The position numbers were made by a program, and so were the translations under genes. Positions 1 through 12,450 of a stretch of 44,236 nt of DNA are shown here, piece by piece. Position 1 is the stretch's first letter. Every line of letters begins with the position of its first letter. The notes beneath the pieces were generated by a model. It was not told the origin of the DNA. It did no database searches and saw only the letters and a program-made list of their open reading frames with translations. The DNA lies in assembly GCF_001194135.2 (NCBI RefSeq), contig NC_068992.1, positions 47,163,551 to 47,207,786 on the forward strand. The letters run 5' to 3'. The DNA is from Octopus bimaculoides. Taxonomy: Eukaryota.

Positions 1-60
1 TATATATATATATATATATATATATTCGACACAGACCTATTTGAATCAACCTTACAGATA

Positions 61-105
61 TATCAGTACTATTAGTACTATCAGTACTATCAGTACTATT
101 AGTAC
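61..105. repeat. 9-bp minisatellite, five copies
   Basis: Units TATCAGTAC and TATTAGTAC occur at 61, 70, 79, 88 and 97. Confidence 0.9.
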
Positions 106-619
106 CCGACATTTGCTTTTCTCTACTATGTTCGGGGTACACATCAACCTGTTATGTAGTAGTATATTGCATCTCTTACCTATAGTTTTTCTACATATCT
201 CTACTAATACTCTCTATTAATACACTATATATGTTAATACACTATTAATATACTATCAATATATTCAATGCATTATATACAAGTATTGAATATAACGTAC
301 GTTATATATAAGTACTTTTCTAGTACCACTTTCTGGTACTACAGAAATATAGTGCAGAATATGGGCGGAGTGTATAGGTATATGGAAACCCCAAAGTATC
401 TTTGAAGTCCTCTTCGAATTAATACTTCTTCATTGTACTCTTATTATGAAAATAGTGTCTTGAGGCTATCTCGCCTGGCTATTTACAACTACGTTAAGAC
501 GGAGTGTAACATAAAATGCTCTCGTATCTTACACGGCCCTTGCTTTCGTGCTGTGGAATTAAACGAGGAGTTGGTTGTATCTCTTCTGTTGTAAATTCTT
601 TACGTTTCTTGGTTGTTAC

Positions 620-739
620 CAGCATGGTTTGGAAGATAAGATATTGTGTATTTGGCATTGGAACGTTTATCAATACTTGTAAATCTTGAAGGATTTTGCC
701 ACACCCTAAATTAGAATATCTTCGCAAAATCAGCTTGCA
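620..739 (-). CDS. Low-confidence candidate exon (CKLILRRYSNLGCGKILQDLQVLINVPMPNTQYLIFQTML)
   Basis: The acceptor is TTTCTAACAG and the donor CTG|GTAACA, giving 120 nt in phase 0 to 0. I recognise no domain. Confidence 0.2.
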
Positions 740-1516
740 CTGTTAGAAATTTAGCAAAGATAATATTTGGTAATGTGGTCATACGTATCAATAAAAACAC
801 TTAATGATCAGGGCTGGAATGCTTTTTCATTAGACAACTGGACAATCATAGCTTGCCTGGATGTAAACGATTACAGATATTAGTGTTATTCTATTCTTCA
901 TCATATGTTTGGTACCCTTGTGTATTTAGTACCTATGTGGTACTACACTAAACGCCAAGTGGTTACTGACTGCAGAGAAGTCACTCTTGCTCTCACATAT
1001 CCAAATAATGTATATATATGTAATGGACGCGCATGCAGGTGCGTTCGTGTGTATGTGCAATGTGAATATAGATAGATAGATACTGGGATGGATGCATGGA
1101 TGGATGGATGGATCTGTGGGTAGACTTACTTACAGACGACAGATAGTCAGTCAGTGAGACAGACTGACAGGCAGACGGACAGATAGGCAGACAGAAAAAT
1201 AAATATGGATATGGGTGTATGTTTGTATACCTATGTATATATGTTAAACAAGAGACAATAGATAAAGTTTATTTTAATCAATCACCGGAAGCACATGATC
1301 GCTGCTTATCATTTCAAGGAGGGTCAAAGCATATCCGACCAGGGACATCTTCGAATCGAATATCCTAAATATAGTACTATGAAAATCTTATGCAAATTCA
1401 TGAACCACAAGCTATATACAAGCATTATATTTGTCCCAGTCTTTATCTACGTCTCCTACCTCGAATTATATCAATGTTCATATACATACATAGACATATA
1501 CGTATACCTGAATACA

Positions 1517-1560
<44 letters not shown>

Positions 1561-1750
1561 NNNNNNNNNNNNNNNNNNNNNNNNNNNNNNNNNNNNNNNN
1601 NNNNNNNNNNNNNNNNNNNNNNNNNNNNNNNNNNNNNNNNNNNNNNNNNNNNNNNNNNNNNNNNNNNNNNNNNNNNNNNNNNNNNNNNNNNNNNNNNNNN
1701 NNNNNNNNNNNNNNNNNNNNNNNNNNNNNNNNNNNNNNNNNNNNNNNNNN

Positions 1751-1787
<37 letters not shown>

Positions 1788-1857
1788 CCCCTTGGAAGGT
1801 GTCTGGATCCGTCGCAAGATTACTGATTTTAGTCGACAGAGTGGACTGGTGTACAGT

Positions 1858-1920
1858 CAAATGAAGTCTTTTGAACAAGAACATAACACATCGCCATGTT
1901 CAAGAGTCGAAACGACAATC
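1858..1920 (+). ncRNA. Hammerhead-like relic (stem II and GAAAC retained)
   Basis: CAAATGA has two substitutions from CTGATGA. It is followed by A, then stem GTCTTTTGAACA / TGTTCAAGAGTC, then GAAAC. Stems III and I cannot be recovered. Confidence 0.22.
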
Positions 1921-2288
1921 TTATGATAAAGATTATCTCACCTTGATCACATATACATGTATATATTTAGAAATACATATGCCTATATATATATATATGA
2001 ATATGTGCGTAAGATAAATATGAACGAATGTATATATACACAAGTGTGTCCGTGTGAAGAGAAAGAAGATCAAATAGACAGATAGATAGATACGCTAACA
2101 ACCGGAAAGACAGACAGACAGACAGACAGACAAATAGATAGATAGATACAAACAGATAGATAGACAGACAGACAGATAGATAGATAAGTAGATAGATAGA
2201 GAGATATATATATTATAGCCACACAAGGCTAAATACAGAAAATGGACAAATTACAAAGTAGAGCTTTTATTTGGGGGAAAGGGGGATA

Positions 2289-2350
2289 ATTTCGATCAAA
2301 AGGGATCGCGGAAATAAAGGGGGGGGCATTTCGATCAAAAGGGATCGCGG
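2289..2350. repeat. Short direct repeat inside a GATA/GACA microsatellite field
   Basis: ATTTCGATCAAAAGGGATCGCGG occurs twice, about 39 bp apart, with (TAGA)n-type tracts on both sides (about 2073-2460). Confidence 0.85.
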
Positions 2351-3213
2351 GAAGGTAAGTAGATAGATAGATAAGTAGATAGATAGATAAGTAGATAGAT
2401 AGATAAGTAGATAGATAGATAGATAGATAGACAGACATTCAGACAGACAGACAGATAGATAGAAAGATAAGCAGACAGATATGTAGGTAGGTAGTTAGGT
2501 TAGCTAAGATTAGATTAGATAAGATATAAAAATATGTTCCAAAGCACACAGTGACAGGCCAGATGGTTAGAGATTTCGGGAAGAATTCTACAACTAGGAT
2601 CAAGACTTTATTTTGTCTTGAAAATCGAACCTCTTGAAAAATTCTGTGAGGCAGTTAAATGAAACGCCAACTTCCAACTAACCAGTATCTTTAGCTCAGT
2701 ACTTACGCTCAAACTTCTATAACTACATATGTCTCCGTGCGTGTGTTTGTACGCATACATAAATGTATATGTATATATATATATACATACAGGCATAGAC
2801 ATGCTTATGCATGTGCTTACATATTTGTATGTAATGGTGTATAGGTATCTAAGTAGTTTTATACACATGCATTATTTATGACGTTTTGCACATTATCTGT
2901 TTTATCGATAGTTTAAAAATAAGTTCTGGTATTTTTATGGCGTATAATCACTATATTCATAAGTCAATTCTTTAAAGATTTATATTGCAAACTCCCGCAT
3001 GTATACGCAAATACACACACGTCCGAACGGCTATGCACAGACGCGTCGATAAATAAAATATATGTTTATGTCTATACATATATATGTGTGTGTGTGTGTG
3101 TGTGTGGGTGTGTGTGTGTGTGTGTATGTGGGTTTGTAAGTATGTATTTATATATGTATACCCGAGTATGTCTATGTAGGTTTCTTTGCTTTATAATTAT
3201 ACATGCATGTGTA

Positions 3214-3281
<68 letters not shown>

Positions 3282-5505
3282 TATATATACACACACATAC
3301 ACAAGCATGCATGCACACGCACATATATACATATATACGTCTGCATGCGTGTGGGTATGTGGGGGGTTGTGTATCTGTGTGTCTATGTATATATAATATG
3401 TAGTTCGCTAAATAAAAGTTAAAGTATTGTTACGGCAAGTCTTGTGAACATCTGTTGGCTTTTACGTTTTCACAAATCGAATGTGCAGCACACGTTAAAA
3501 ACAACCTCACAACCGCACTTATGTGAAGAAACTTCCGGTCTAGCATATACGGGTGCTGAGCTGTTGTAAGGGTACAACATCGTACGTTGATATTTGTAGA
3601 GATTTGTGTTATATCATTTACATGATTAGAATATGGATACATGTAAGAATAAGAAACAGCTATGAAGTTAATATTAAAAATAAAGAATGACAAAATGAGA
3701 AATGACAGAATGAGAAAATAAAATAGAAATTTATAAGGACATATAGTTATGCAAACCCGTTTGCCGATTTCGAGGTTATTGGTTAATAAGTAAATTTTAT
3801 TGATAACGATTTTATATATTTTATATGAAGGCAATGGCGCGCGTGCGTGGATTTGAATTATAGGACATGGTTTATGTGATTGTTATAGCTCAATATTATT
3901 ACATTTTAATACATATTGGATGAACTTGTGAGCATTTAAGCAAGTGTTCTTCAATGTGTCAACATTTCTTTAAGATTTCTCACTTTGAATTTCGATAATA
4001 TTCAGAAATATTATTGTTTCTCACCATAATGCTATTTTCACCTGTACATAAGTGGCGTCTGTTTTTGATTTGCATATGGACAGCGTCGCTGTAATTTGCT
4101 CTACTGAGTAGCAACGACAGTATCAGGGTTTTGTTAAGATATAATTTGATTTTCTTTTGCTTATTGTATTTTTTTTTCTACAAATCTGAAAAACTCCCTA
4201 TATTCTATTAAGTGTCTTCAGTAGTGTTAAAAAATGGTAGGGAAAAGCACGTGTGAACAATATTATATTTAGCGCCATTTCATCTGAATATTGCATGACA
4301 GGAAGTGTAAGCATATGTACGTAATATTTTCGAACCTAATAGATTTTAGTTCATTATTATAAAGACTCCTAATACTTGGTTTCACATTTGATTTTCAACA
4401 GGTTTTCTGTAAACTGTTGGGCATTAGCATATATTAATATATGCGAGTTTTACATATTTGCAAACATTTGTATTAATGTGCATTTAAATGTAGCTCAACA
4501 TTTACGAATTTAGCTTAAAATTTATAGTGAGGTTTTGAAGACATATTAGTAAGGTCATTTATTCAAGTTATCTAAAAAAAAATACTCCCGTCTTCATTAT
4601 CCTTAATAAGCGTTTCGTTTGCAAGCATATAGTGTGCACGGGTCCAAATCATGAAGGTAAGAGAAAGTTCACAGTAAACCATCATCTGCATAAAGACATC
4701 GTTATCACTTGTCTAATTCCACTTGGGGCAGGGTGTGGCCGAGAAATTCGTGGGAGGTTTTTCAAACACACCTTGTATGGTCACTGGTGTGTTGTGATGA
4801 AACCACTCCTTCATAGCTCTTTGGTATAATATGTACTGTAGTAAATTACGCAATTAAAGCATCTAAGATGGATTTATTAATACAATCGTAAAACTCGCTA
4901 CTGTTAAACGTCCTTTTATCGATTTCGAATGGACCTCAAGTAGGTGAATATTTTGTATTCAGACAGGATCTTTCAAGTGTACATGACGATATCTACGTCA
5001 TAAGCATCTCTATCGTTATATGCTCTTACAAAATGTAAGATTATACGGAGTTGAGGATGGAGGGATAAAATTCGACAATATCTATTTGGGTAATTTGGTG
5101 TCGCATATTTAATATTATTAAATCATCTAATTATTATTCTGCTTCTATTCCATTATCAGGGTACTATCTACCTCACTAATATTGCAGTTTTGATCGAGGT
5201 TTTCTTGCCAGTTAATCTAGTCTCTGTTTTAAGTGGATTAATTAATGTACATTTACGATGAGATTTAAAATTTATATGTGATCTTTAATTGCTGCGTAGG
5301 CCTTGCATTTAAATATATAAAGCTTATAATGAAATTTTATTTTATTTTTTTGTTTCTGCTGAATGTTCATGTCCCGGTAGGATTTTACGCTAGCTTTTCC
5401 ATAATTTCATGGATATTATTACTAAGACGTTGGCGTCTAGTGTAATCGGAGAATAAACATACATAAGTATATGCTTATGTGTATATGCATAAATATATAC
5501 ATATG

Positions 5506-5613
<108 letters not shown>

Positions 5614-6543
5614 TATTCGTATTTGTCTTGCAATTTACTTTATGTCAGATCTACATTTATTTTGGAAAGTACTGGTGAGCTTAGAGGACAGAATCGAATA
5701 CTCTCAGGTATTTACTGATCGGGGGGAAATCTGTACTTCAACAATAAAATACATTATAGTTTGTCCATTGCCCTCAGAGTGGTAAAAGAAAACATTGAAG
5801 CATGTGCTAACTACAGTTAACTCTTTCTCTACTTCTATTATCAAATTGTAATTACATGGACTTAGCATTATCTTCGATGATTCATATATAAACAGCGTAA
5901 ATCCTTAACTGTTTCTGTAGATTTTGATCATGAAATTAGTTCTGTTATGTGCAATTCTGTGATATATTGAAAATAATACAATTCACTATGTGCCATTGTA
6001 ATACGTTATTACTTGAGGTAAGAGCGTTAGTATTAGATGTCAAAGTTATTTATGAGGTTATTTTTGGTCGCCTGATAATATGTAATTATTTTAACCAAAC
6101 GTACATTAAGTAAGGATGTCTTATCTATAACAGACTATATATTCATACATATGTACATATAACTCTGTGTGAGTGTGTGTAGTGTGTTCGTAGTGTATGT
6201 AAGCGTGTGTAAATATATATGTACGGCCCCCGACATCCTTTAATTTAAAGTATTGAATCAAGATGGAGTCTCAGCAACACACAATCAATAAAATGAAGAC
6301 CAGATTGAAATGTTGGAGGTGATCGACTAAAACCGTTAACTTGTGCCCCATGATGGTCGCATACATGTGTGTGTGTGTAATATTTTGGATTAATGAGTAT
6401 ATATCGATTAGTGTGTTAGTGCATTGAATAAAGCCCTGGCACGGTTTGGGCTACCTGATGTCATCCGCAATTGTGATATATTTCCGTTGGATTTACTTCA
6501 GGAATTTTGTAGTCTTAGTTGAGATAATAATAATTGATTACGA

Positions 6544-6607
6544 GTGTCCCACGGAGTTCCACCCATGAGGAACAGTAGCAGGATGGGTCGAAACGATCGT
6601 CGTACAC
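6544..6607 (+). ncRNA. Hammerhead-like relic (3' half intact, CUGANGA core missing)
   Basis: Stem ACCCAT (6561-66) pairs with ATGGGT (6583-88), followed by C GAAAC GATC GTC GTACAC. Upstream GTGTC can partly pair with GTACAC. No intact core is present. Confidence 0.3.
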
Positions 6608-7277
6608 AATAGAACCTAATACCAAATCCATCTTCCGGCTACTTAATCAATTATTATTATCATTATTACTATATACGGATAGGGAGAGAGAGAGGGAGAG
6701 TACGAGAGAGAGAGGCAAACAGAAATAGCCAGATGGACGGACAGACAAACACAACAATCAAAGGTGTACACGGAGAGGAGATAAAGGTAGAGTGTGATAG
6801 AAAAATGGGAAAATTGAAATCGCGGTAGAAAAGAAGTAAAATAAAGGGTAGTGATAGAATGAGAGATATATGTGTGTGATAAAGATCTATATGTGTATGA
6901 ATACACGTGTTTGATCAAGTTTATACTAAGTGTGACAATCAGAAATAAAACTCTCATAAAATAGGATGTTGGTTATCACACGAGGAATGAAAAAGTTGGT
7001 CACGGAGTGGGGCTGTATGAGAGTAAGGAATTTGAGGTGGGGGAGGGCAGACAATAGAAGCGAAGAATTCAAGTTGAGTGAGGGAGGGAGATAATTTGTA
7101 AGAAAACTGATTTGGAATTGACAGAGGCATACATACATGAATAGATTCGCATACACATGCAAAAACACACATGCACACATTCGCACACGCACAGACGTAC
7201 ACGAATAATCAAAAGCATTTATACATGTGTATGTGTGTAAGTACACATATACATATACACACACAGATATATGTACG

Positions 7278-7325
<48 letters not shown>

Positions 7326-8045
7326 NNNNNNNNNNNNNNNNNNNNNNNNNNNNNNNNNNNNNNNNNNNNNNNNNNNNNNNNNNNNNNNNNNNNNNNNNNN
7401 NNNNNNNNNNNNNNNNNNNNNNNNNNNNNNNNNNNNNNNNNNNNNNNNNNNNNNNNNNNNNNNNNNNNNNNNNNNNNNNNNNNNNNNNNNNNNNNNNNNN
7501 NNNNNNNNNNNNNNNNNNNNNNNNNNNNNNNNNNNNNNNNNNNNNNNNNNNNNNNNNNNNNNNNNNNNNNNNNNNNNNNNNNNNNNNNNNNNNNNNNNNN
7601 NNNNNNNNNNNNNNNNNNNNNNNNNNNNNNNNNNNNNNNNNNNNNNNNNNNNNNNNNNNNNNNNNNNNNNNNNNNNNNNNNNNNNNNNNNNNNNNNNNNN
7701 NNNNNNNNNNNNNNNNNNNNNNNNNNNNNNNNNNNNNNNNNNNNNNNNNNNNNNNNNNNNNNNNNNNNNNNNNNNNNNNNNNNNNNNNNNNNNNNNNNNN
7801 NNNNNNNNNNNNNNNNNNNNNNNNNNNNNNNNNNNNNNNNNNNNNNNNNNNNNNNNNNNNNNNNNNNNNNNNNNNNNNNNNNNNNNNNNNNNNNNNNNNN
7901 NNNNNNNNNNNNNNNNNNNNNNNNNNNNNNNNNNNNNNNNNNNNNNNNNNNNNNNNNNNNNNNNNNNNNNNNNNNNNNNNNNNNNNNNNNNNNNNNNNNN
8001 NNNNNNNNNNNNNNNNNNNNNNNNNNNNNNNNNNNNNNNNNNNNN
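7326..8045. other. Assembly gap (one of six)
   Basis: N runs are at 1561-1750, 7326-8045, 8604-8798, 12808-12817, 37593-37761 and 40687-41194. Most are bounded by CA or TA repeats. Confidence 1.
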
Positions 8046-8090
<45 letters not shown>

Positions 8091-8374
8091 TGCATAAATA
8101 CAGAGAAAAGAGAGAGAGAGAAAGAGAATGAGAGAAATTGGTTAAGTCTAAGCAGAACAGGTTTGTCACATGAGTTAAAGGTATAGTGTAAGTCTATGCG
8201 TGGGCGGTGGGGTGGGTTAGAGAGAAGTAAAAGCAAAAATACAATTATCTAAACATTGCTATCTGAAGTTGTTCACTCGATTACTGGACATTAATATTTT
8301 ACAACATAATTTATGCTTAATACACACACCACATATACATACATACACATGTGTCTGTGTATGTGTGTATATAA

Positions 8375-8406
<32 letters not shown>

Positions 8407-8468
8407 GCTTGTATGTAAGCTTGTACATGTATGTACATATGTTTACATACTGCATAATGTATTTATGC

Positions 8469-8603
8469 ATGTATTTATATATGGCTGTGATTATATGTAT
8501 ATATCTGTCTATTTATATCCATTAATTAATACATGTGTACGAATATTATGTATGTATTTATATATGGCTGTGATTATATGTATATATCTGTCTATTTATA
8601 TCC
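8469..8603. repeat. Tandem repeat, period 83 bp, running into a gap
   Basis: The 52-bp string ATGTATTTATATATGGCTGTGATTATATGTATATATCTGTCTATTTATATCC occurs at 8469-8520 and 8552-8603. Confidence 0.85.
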
Positions 8604-8823
8604 NNNNNNNNNNNNNNNNNNNNNNNNNNNNNNNNNNNNNNNNNNNNNNNNNNNNNNNNNNNNNNNNNNNNNNNNNNNNNNNNNNNNNNNNNNNNNNNNN
8701 NNNNNNNNNNNNNNNNNNNNNNNNNNNNNNNNNNNNNNNNNNNNNNNNNNNNNNNNNNNNNNNNNNNNNNNNNNNNNNNNNNNNNNNNNNNNNNNNNNAT
8801 ATGTATGTATGCATTATATAAAA

Positions 8824-8869
<46 letters not shown>

Positions 8870-9026
8870 ATCCGCACTTATTCACACACACACATAACAC
8901 ACATCTATATGTTAATTCAGGTTTCTATGTTTAGTTATAATGAAAACAATTTTACATGAAACTGAATGGTTACTCCATAATTTTATAGCGTACAAATTTA
9001 CTATTCTTCAGCAAGGATAGTATTGA

Positions 9027-9067
9027 AGTGACTTCGAAGTTTCGTCCAGCTAAACGATCATCGGACT
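9027..9067 (-). ncRNA. Decayed minimal hammerhead-like motif
   Basis: The minus strand reads AGT CCGATGA TC GTTTAGCTGGAC GAAAC TTCGAA GTC ACT. The core has one substitution, stem III is the 10-bp palindrome ACTTCGAAGT, the triplet is GTC, and stem I has only 3 bp. Confidence 0.4.
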
Positions 9068-9664
9068 GTGAAGCATTGACTTAATCTTGGGCTTTATATA
9101 AAAAAAGTATGCAGCAGTCCGTGGTGTTTAGTTAAATGGTTATTAGGTTTTACAATTGGTTGTACATATTACATACATCGTCTTACAACGACAAACCCCT
9201 GTAATTTTTATCATGTCTTCGTTCACTGGCGATTCTTGTTTTTTTAAATTTTTTTTTTTTTGGTCTTTATAACAGCCCTCTTTTGATTTCTTTTATTGGT
9301 AATAATAATTTCATTAATGCCTGTACAGAACTTAAAGAGACATAAGATGACTTTCTTTTGCATGTAACCAACCCCGTCCGTGTTTTATAGTCCTATAATG
9401 AAAGTAGATATGCATTAGAACATCGGACAACATACTTGACGTTCTGTGTTCCTATACGTTTTACGTTCTATCCCCCTTAAAGCAGACTTTGCTTTTCAAT
9501 CTATCAGGGTAAATATGACAAATTAGCCATCAAAGAGTGGAATCGATGTAACCGACTATAAATTCACATTGAAATCGTATAACTTTTGCCAAACCAAGAA
9601 AGCTTTATTCTTAAGTTATTCTGAAGACGCTGATCTAGCAGAGTCATTTGAGTATCGGAAGAAC

Positions 9665-9840
9665 TACTTGGCGCTATTTATTCCTACTATTTTCATTGAG
9701 TTCAAATTCCGCTAAGAGTAACTTTGTATTACATCATTTCGGGACAATAAATTGTAGTAACAATCAAGGACAGTGGTCTATGTAATAAACTAACGACTTG
9801 CTCCTGCTTTTCGTGGCATCGTACCATAATTTGAAATGCT
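9665..9840 (+). mobile_element. SINE family A, degenerate
   Basis: It contains B-box GAGTTCAAATTCCGC, a degraded central module (CATCATTTCGGGACAATAAATT) and a tail ending ATAATTTGAAA. Confidence 0.55.
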
Positions 9841-10621
9841 AAGTATTACTGGTTTTTTTATTGTCACATTTTCTAACAAATGTCTTCATTCTTTAACGTC
9901 TCTCTAATTCGTCTGAGACCCCAGACATTAAAAATTTCCTAATAAGACTGTTTTCTTTTTCTTTTTTTTATCTTTGGATTTTTTTCGTATAATGCCGATA
10001 TCCTACTTGTTTTTAAGTTGGTCAAAGAAGGGATCTCAGTGCTTCAACCACAGCATTAATAATTTTAGAAACGGTGTTCCGCATTCTTCCTAGTTCCAGC
10101 TATGGCTCTGCGTAGTTTGTAATCCTTTGGACTTCTTTAGTTTTTACATTATAGTAAACTAGCACCAATGTATTAATGATGTAAGTCTGATGGAGGCCTT
10201 AGACCATAAATATGAAGTACGGTTGTCAACATCTGATTTCACTCTCGGTTTATAATTTGCAGCCTCACAGAATTAGGACAGTGTCGTTGTCCATGATTTT
10301 CTCTGTCCTGTGTCATTAGCATTTTTCATGCTTACGCATTGCGCTTACAAAGGCTTCTATGAACGTATTGACTTACTTTGTAATGGCAGACTGTGTATTC
10401 ATGTTGCACAAAACCTCCCACATGCAGCGACAATGTGTCTCATATTCTCTACAGCTTTTAATCACAATCGGCGATGTCAAGAGCTTTGTAGTTAGACTTC
10501 TTTATGGAGCTGGTCTCAAGGCCCTGATCCGAAAATGCAATAGGAAGAAATTTGCTTCCCTTTTTCATTCTATCTTTCCCTAAGGAAAATATTATTAGTA
10601 TTATTATCTTTATTGTCATTA

Positions 10622-10750
10622 TCAAATTACGCCGAAGTCAACTTTTCTTTTCATCCTTTCCGAGCTGATATGATATGCTCTCCGGGGCCGATATAATTGT
10701 CTTACTCCTCCGCTAAAATTGCTGGCCTTGTGCCAACATTTGAAGCCATT
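10622..10750 (+). mobile_element. SINE family A, 3' portion, tail type 1
   Basis: TCAAATTACGCCGAAGTCAACTTTTCTTTTCATCCTTTCC...AAATTGCTGGCCTTGTGCCAACATTTGAA, followed by (ATT)n. Confidence 0.7.
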
Positions 10751-10811
10751 ATTATTATTATTAATATTATTATTATTATTATTATTATTGGTGCTGTTGC
10801 TGTTCCTACTT

Positions 10812-10848
<37 letters not shown>
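10748..10848. repeat. (ATT)n and (ACT)n trinucleotide microsatellites
   Basis: Directly visible. They account for the poly-I, poly-T, poly-S and poly-N ORFs in the track. Confidence 0.95.
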
Positions 10849-11127
10849 AAGGATGTATCAATTACACTATCATATATCAATTATAGAATCGGTTGAGCGT
10901 CAGAAAAGTGCTTTGCAGAATTTTGTAGGAGTTCAATTTCCGCCATCATTGAATTTGATGGCTATAACAAACAATAAACCTTCCTTACAATATGGCGAAG
11001 TATTAGGTTTGAAGTTATAGGTTCTTCCATTATTGATTGCCAACCCTCTCAGGCAGATTAACACTGCTCTCAGATAATTGTAATTTTGCCAGTTTGGGAA
11101 CCATTATGTTCTTGGGCCTATAACTGT

Positions 11128-11184
11128 TCTTCTTCTTTTTCTTCTTCTTCTTCTTCTTCTTCTTCTTGTCATCATCATCATCAT
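11128..11184. repeat. (CTT)n followed by (TCA)n microsatellite
   Basis: Directly visible. Confidence 0.95.
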
Positions 11185-11290
11185 TAAGGCGCCGAATTGG
11201 CAGAATCGTTTGCATGTCGGGCGAAATGCTTAGCGGTATTTAGTCCCTCTTTATGTTCTTAGTTCAAATTCCGCTGAGGTTGACTTTTCC
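11185..11290 (+). mobile_element. SINE family A, 5' portion
   Basis: TAAGGCGCCGAATTGGCAGAATCGTT...TAGTTCAAATTCCGCTGAGGTTGACTTT, preceded by (TCA)n. Confidence 0.8.
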
Positions 11291-11406
11291 TTTTATCTCA
11301 AAGGCCATGAGCAGTCAATTATGTGGGACACTATCAAACGCTTTCCTGTAGTCTGTACATCCCATACTCATATTATTATTATTATTATCATCATTATTAT
11401 TATTAT

Positions 11407-11480
11407 TAAGGCGGTGAGCTGGTAGAATCGTTAGAACGCCGGGTGAAATACTTGGCGGCATGTCGTCTGACTTCGACGTC
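11407..11480 (+). mobile_element. SINE family A, head only
   Basis: TAAGGCGGTGAGCTGGTAGAATCGTTAGAACGCCGGGTGAAAT, preceded by (ATT)n. Confidence 0.75.
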
Positions 11481-11822
11481 ATTGATGTTCAGCCTTGTCT
11501 GTTATTCAGCTCCTATAACGATAGATCGGATACAAGAACGAATACATATTCGATAATCTTTTCCCCATTCTGCTACTGTTTTCCCATAGTTCTATAGTAA
11601 AATAATTTTGAAATATGATTATCAGATTTCTAAATTTGCTGAAAACTGGTTCTTTAAATTCACTCGTAGCGCATTCTTAATAAACAAGTCTGCATATATT
11701 ACCACCCTCAAAGCTTTGCACCAAAACAGTTTAGTTTTTCGATTTTAATTTACGCCAAAACTGAGAAAAAATGTTGCAAGTGCGAGGTGTTAACTGTCTC
11801 AATTTGCTCATCAATATATATG

Positions 11823-11955
11823 TGACGTCACGACATGGTGCTTTGTCCAAGTGATAAACACCGATAACAACTTGGCAAATCATGAACACAAATCTGATAA
11901 CACAGTTAATTATTTATTCAAATATAATCAGTGAAATTGGAGGAAAAATGGCGGC
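11823..11955 (+). promoter_or_regulatory. Candidate promoter or TSS region: CRE plus YY1-type motif
   Basis: A perfect TGACGTCA lies at 11823-11830 and AAAATGGCGGC at 11945-11955, with locally increased CpG downstream. This motif pairing is typical of housekeeping promoters. There is no transcript evidence. Confidence 0.5.
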
Positions 11956-12232
11956 CTGACTCGGCAAGTGTCATGCGAATGGAAAGTAAATTGTAAATCG
12001 CGTTGGTGTAGCATTAGTGTTGTATGTTGGCGCAGTCTTAACGCGGTGTGTTAATGTCATTTATTAGTGTAGTGTGTATGTCTAGTGCAGTGTGTGTTGA
12101 GGTAGTGTGTTTGATGTTGTGCACGTGTGGCGCCTGAGGTGAAGTGTTTTTTGTAGTGTGGAGGTTGTTGGCGTGGTGTACTGGTGTAGTGTACCGGTAG
12201 GTTTTCGTCTAGTATGTTCATATATGTTAAAG

Positions 12233-12450
12233 TAAGGCGGTGAGCTGACAGTCATTTGCATGCCGGATAAAATGCTTAGCGGTATTTCGTCCGTCTTTAC
12301 ATCCTGAATTTAAATTCCGCCGAGATCAACTTTGTCATTCATCCTATTAGGATCGATAAAATAAGTACCAATTGAGCACTTGGGTAGATGTAATAGATTT
12401 ACACCCTCCCCCACACTTTATGTCCTTGTGCAAAAATCTGAAACCAATAT
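12233..12450 (+). mobile_element. SINE family A, near full length, tail type 1
   Basis: It has the head TAAGGCGGTGAGCTG and the central module CATTCATCCTATTAGGATCGATAAAATAAGTACCA. The tail is ...CCCTCCCCC...CCTTGTGCAAAAATCTGAAACCAATAT. Confidence 0.85.

Noticed and set aside
61-105. Regularly spaced short repeats as a CRISPR-like array (also 2289-2350 and 24985-25048)
   Set aside because: They have no unique spacers and there are no cas genes. The context is eukaryotic.
1295-1926. Long ORFs in the track here and at about 6.9-8.2, 13.5-14.3, 26.5-26.9, 37.4-37.9 and 40.6-42.6 kb
   Set aside because: They are translations of (CA)n, (TA)n and (GA)n tracts and N gaps, not genes.
3430-3659. Minus-strand ORF behind a strong polypyrimidine acceptor
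   Set aside because: It has no convincing donor or recognisable peptide. It may be an exon but is unsupported.
10020-10100. Minus-strand peptide GRMRNTVSKIINAVVEALRSLL resembling a Harbinger transposase segment
   Set aside because: The match is short, flanked by stops, and has no DDE motifs or TIRs. A profile search would be needed.
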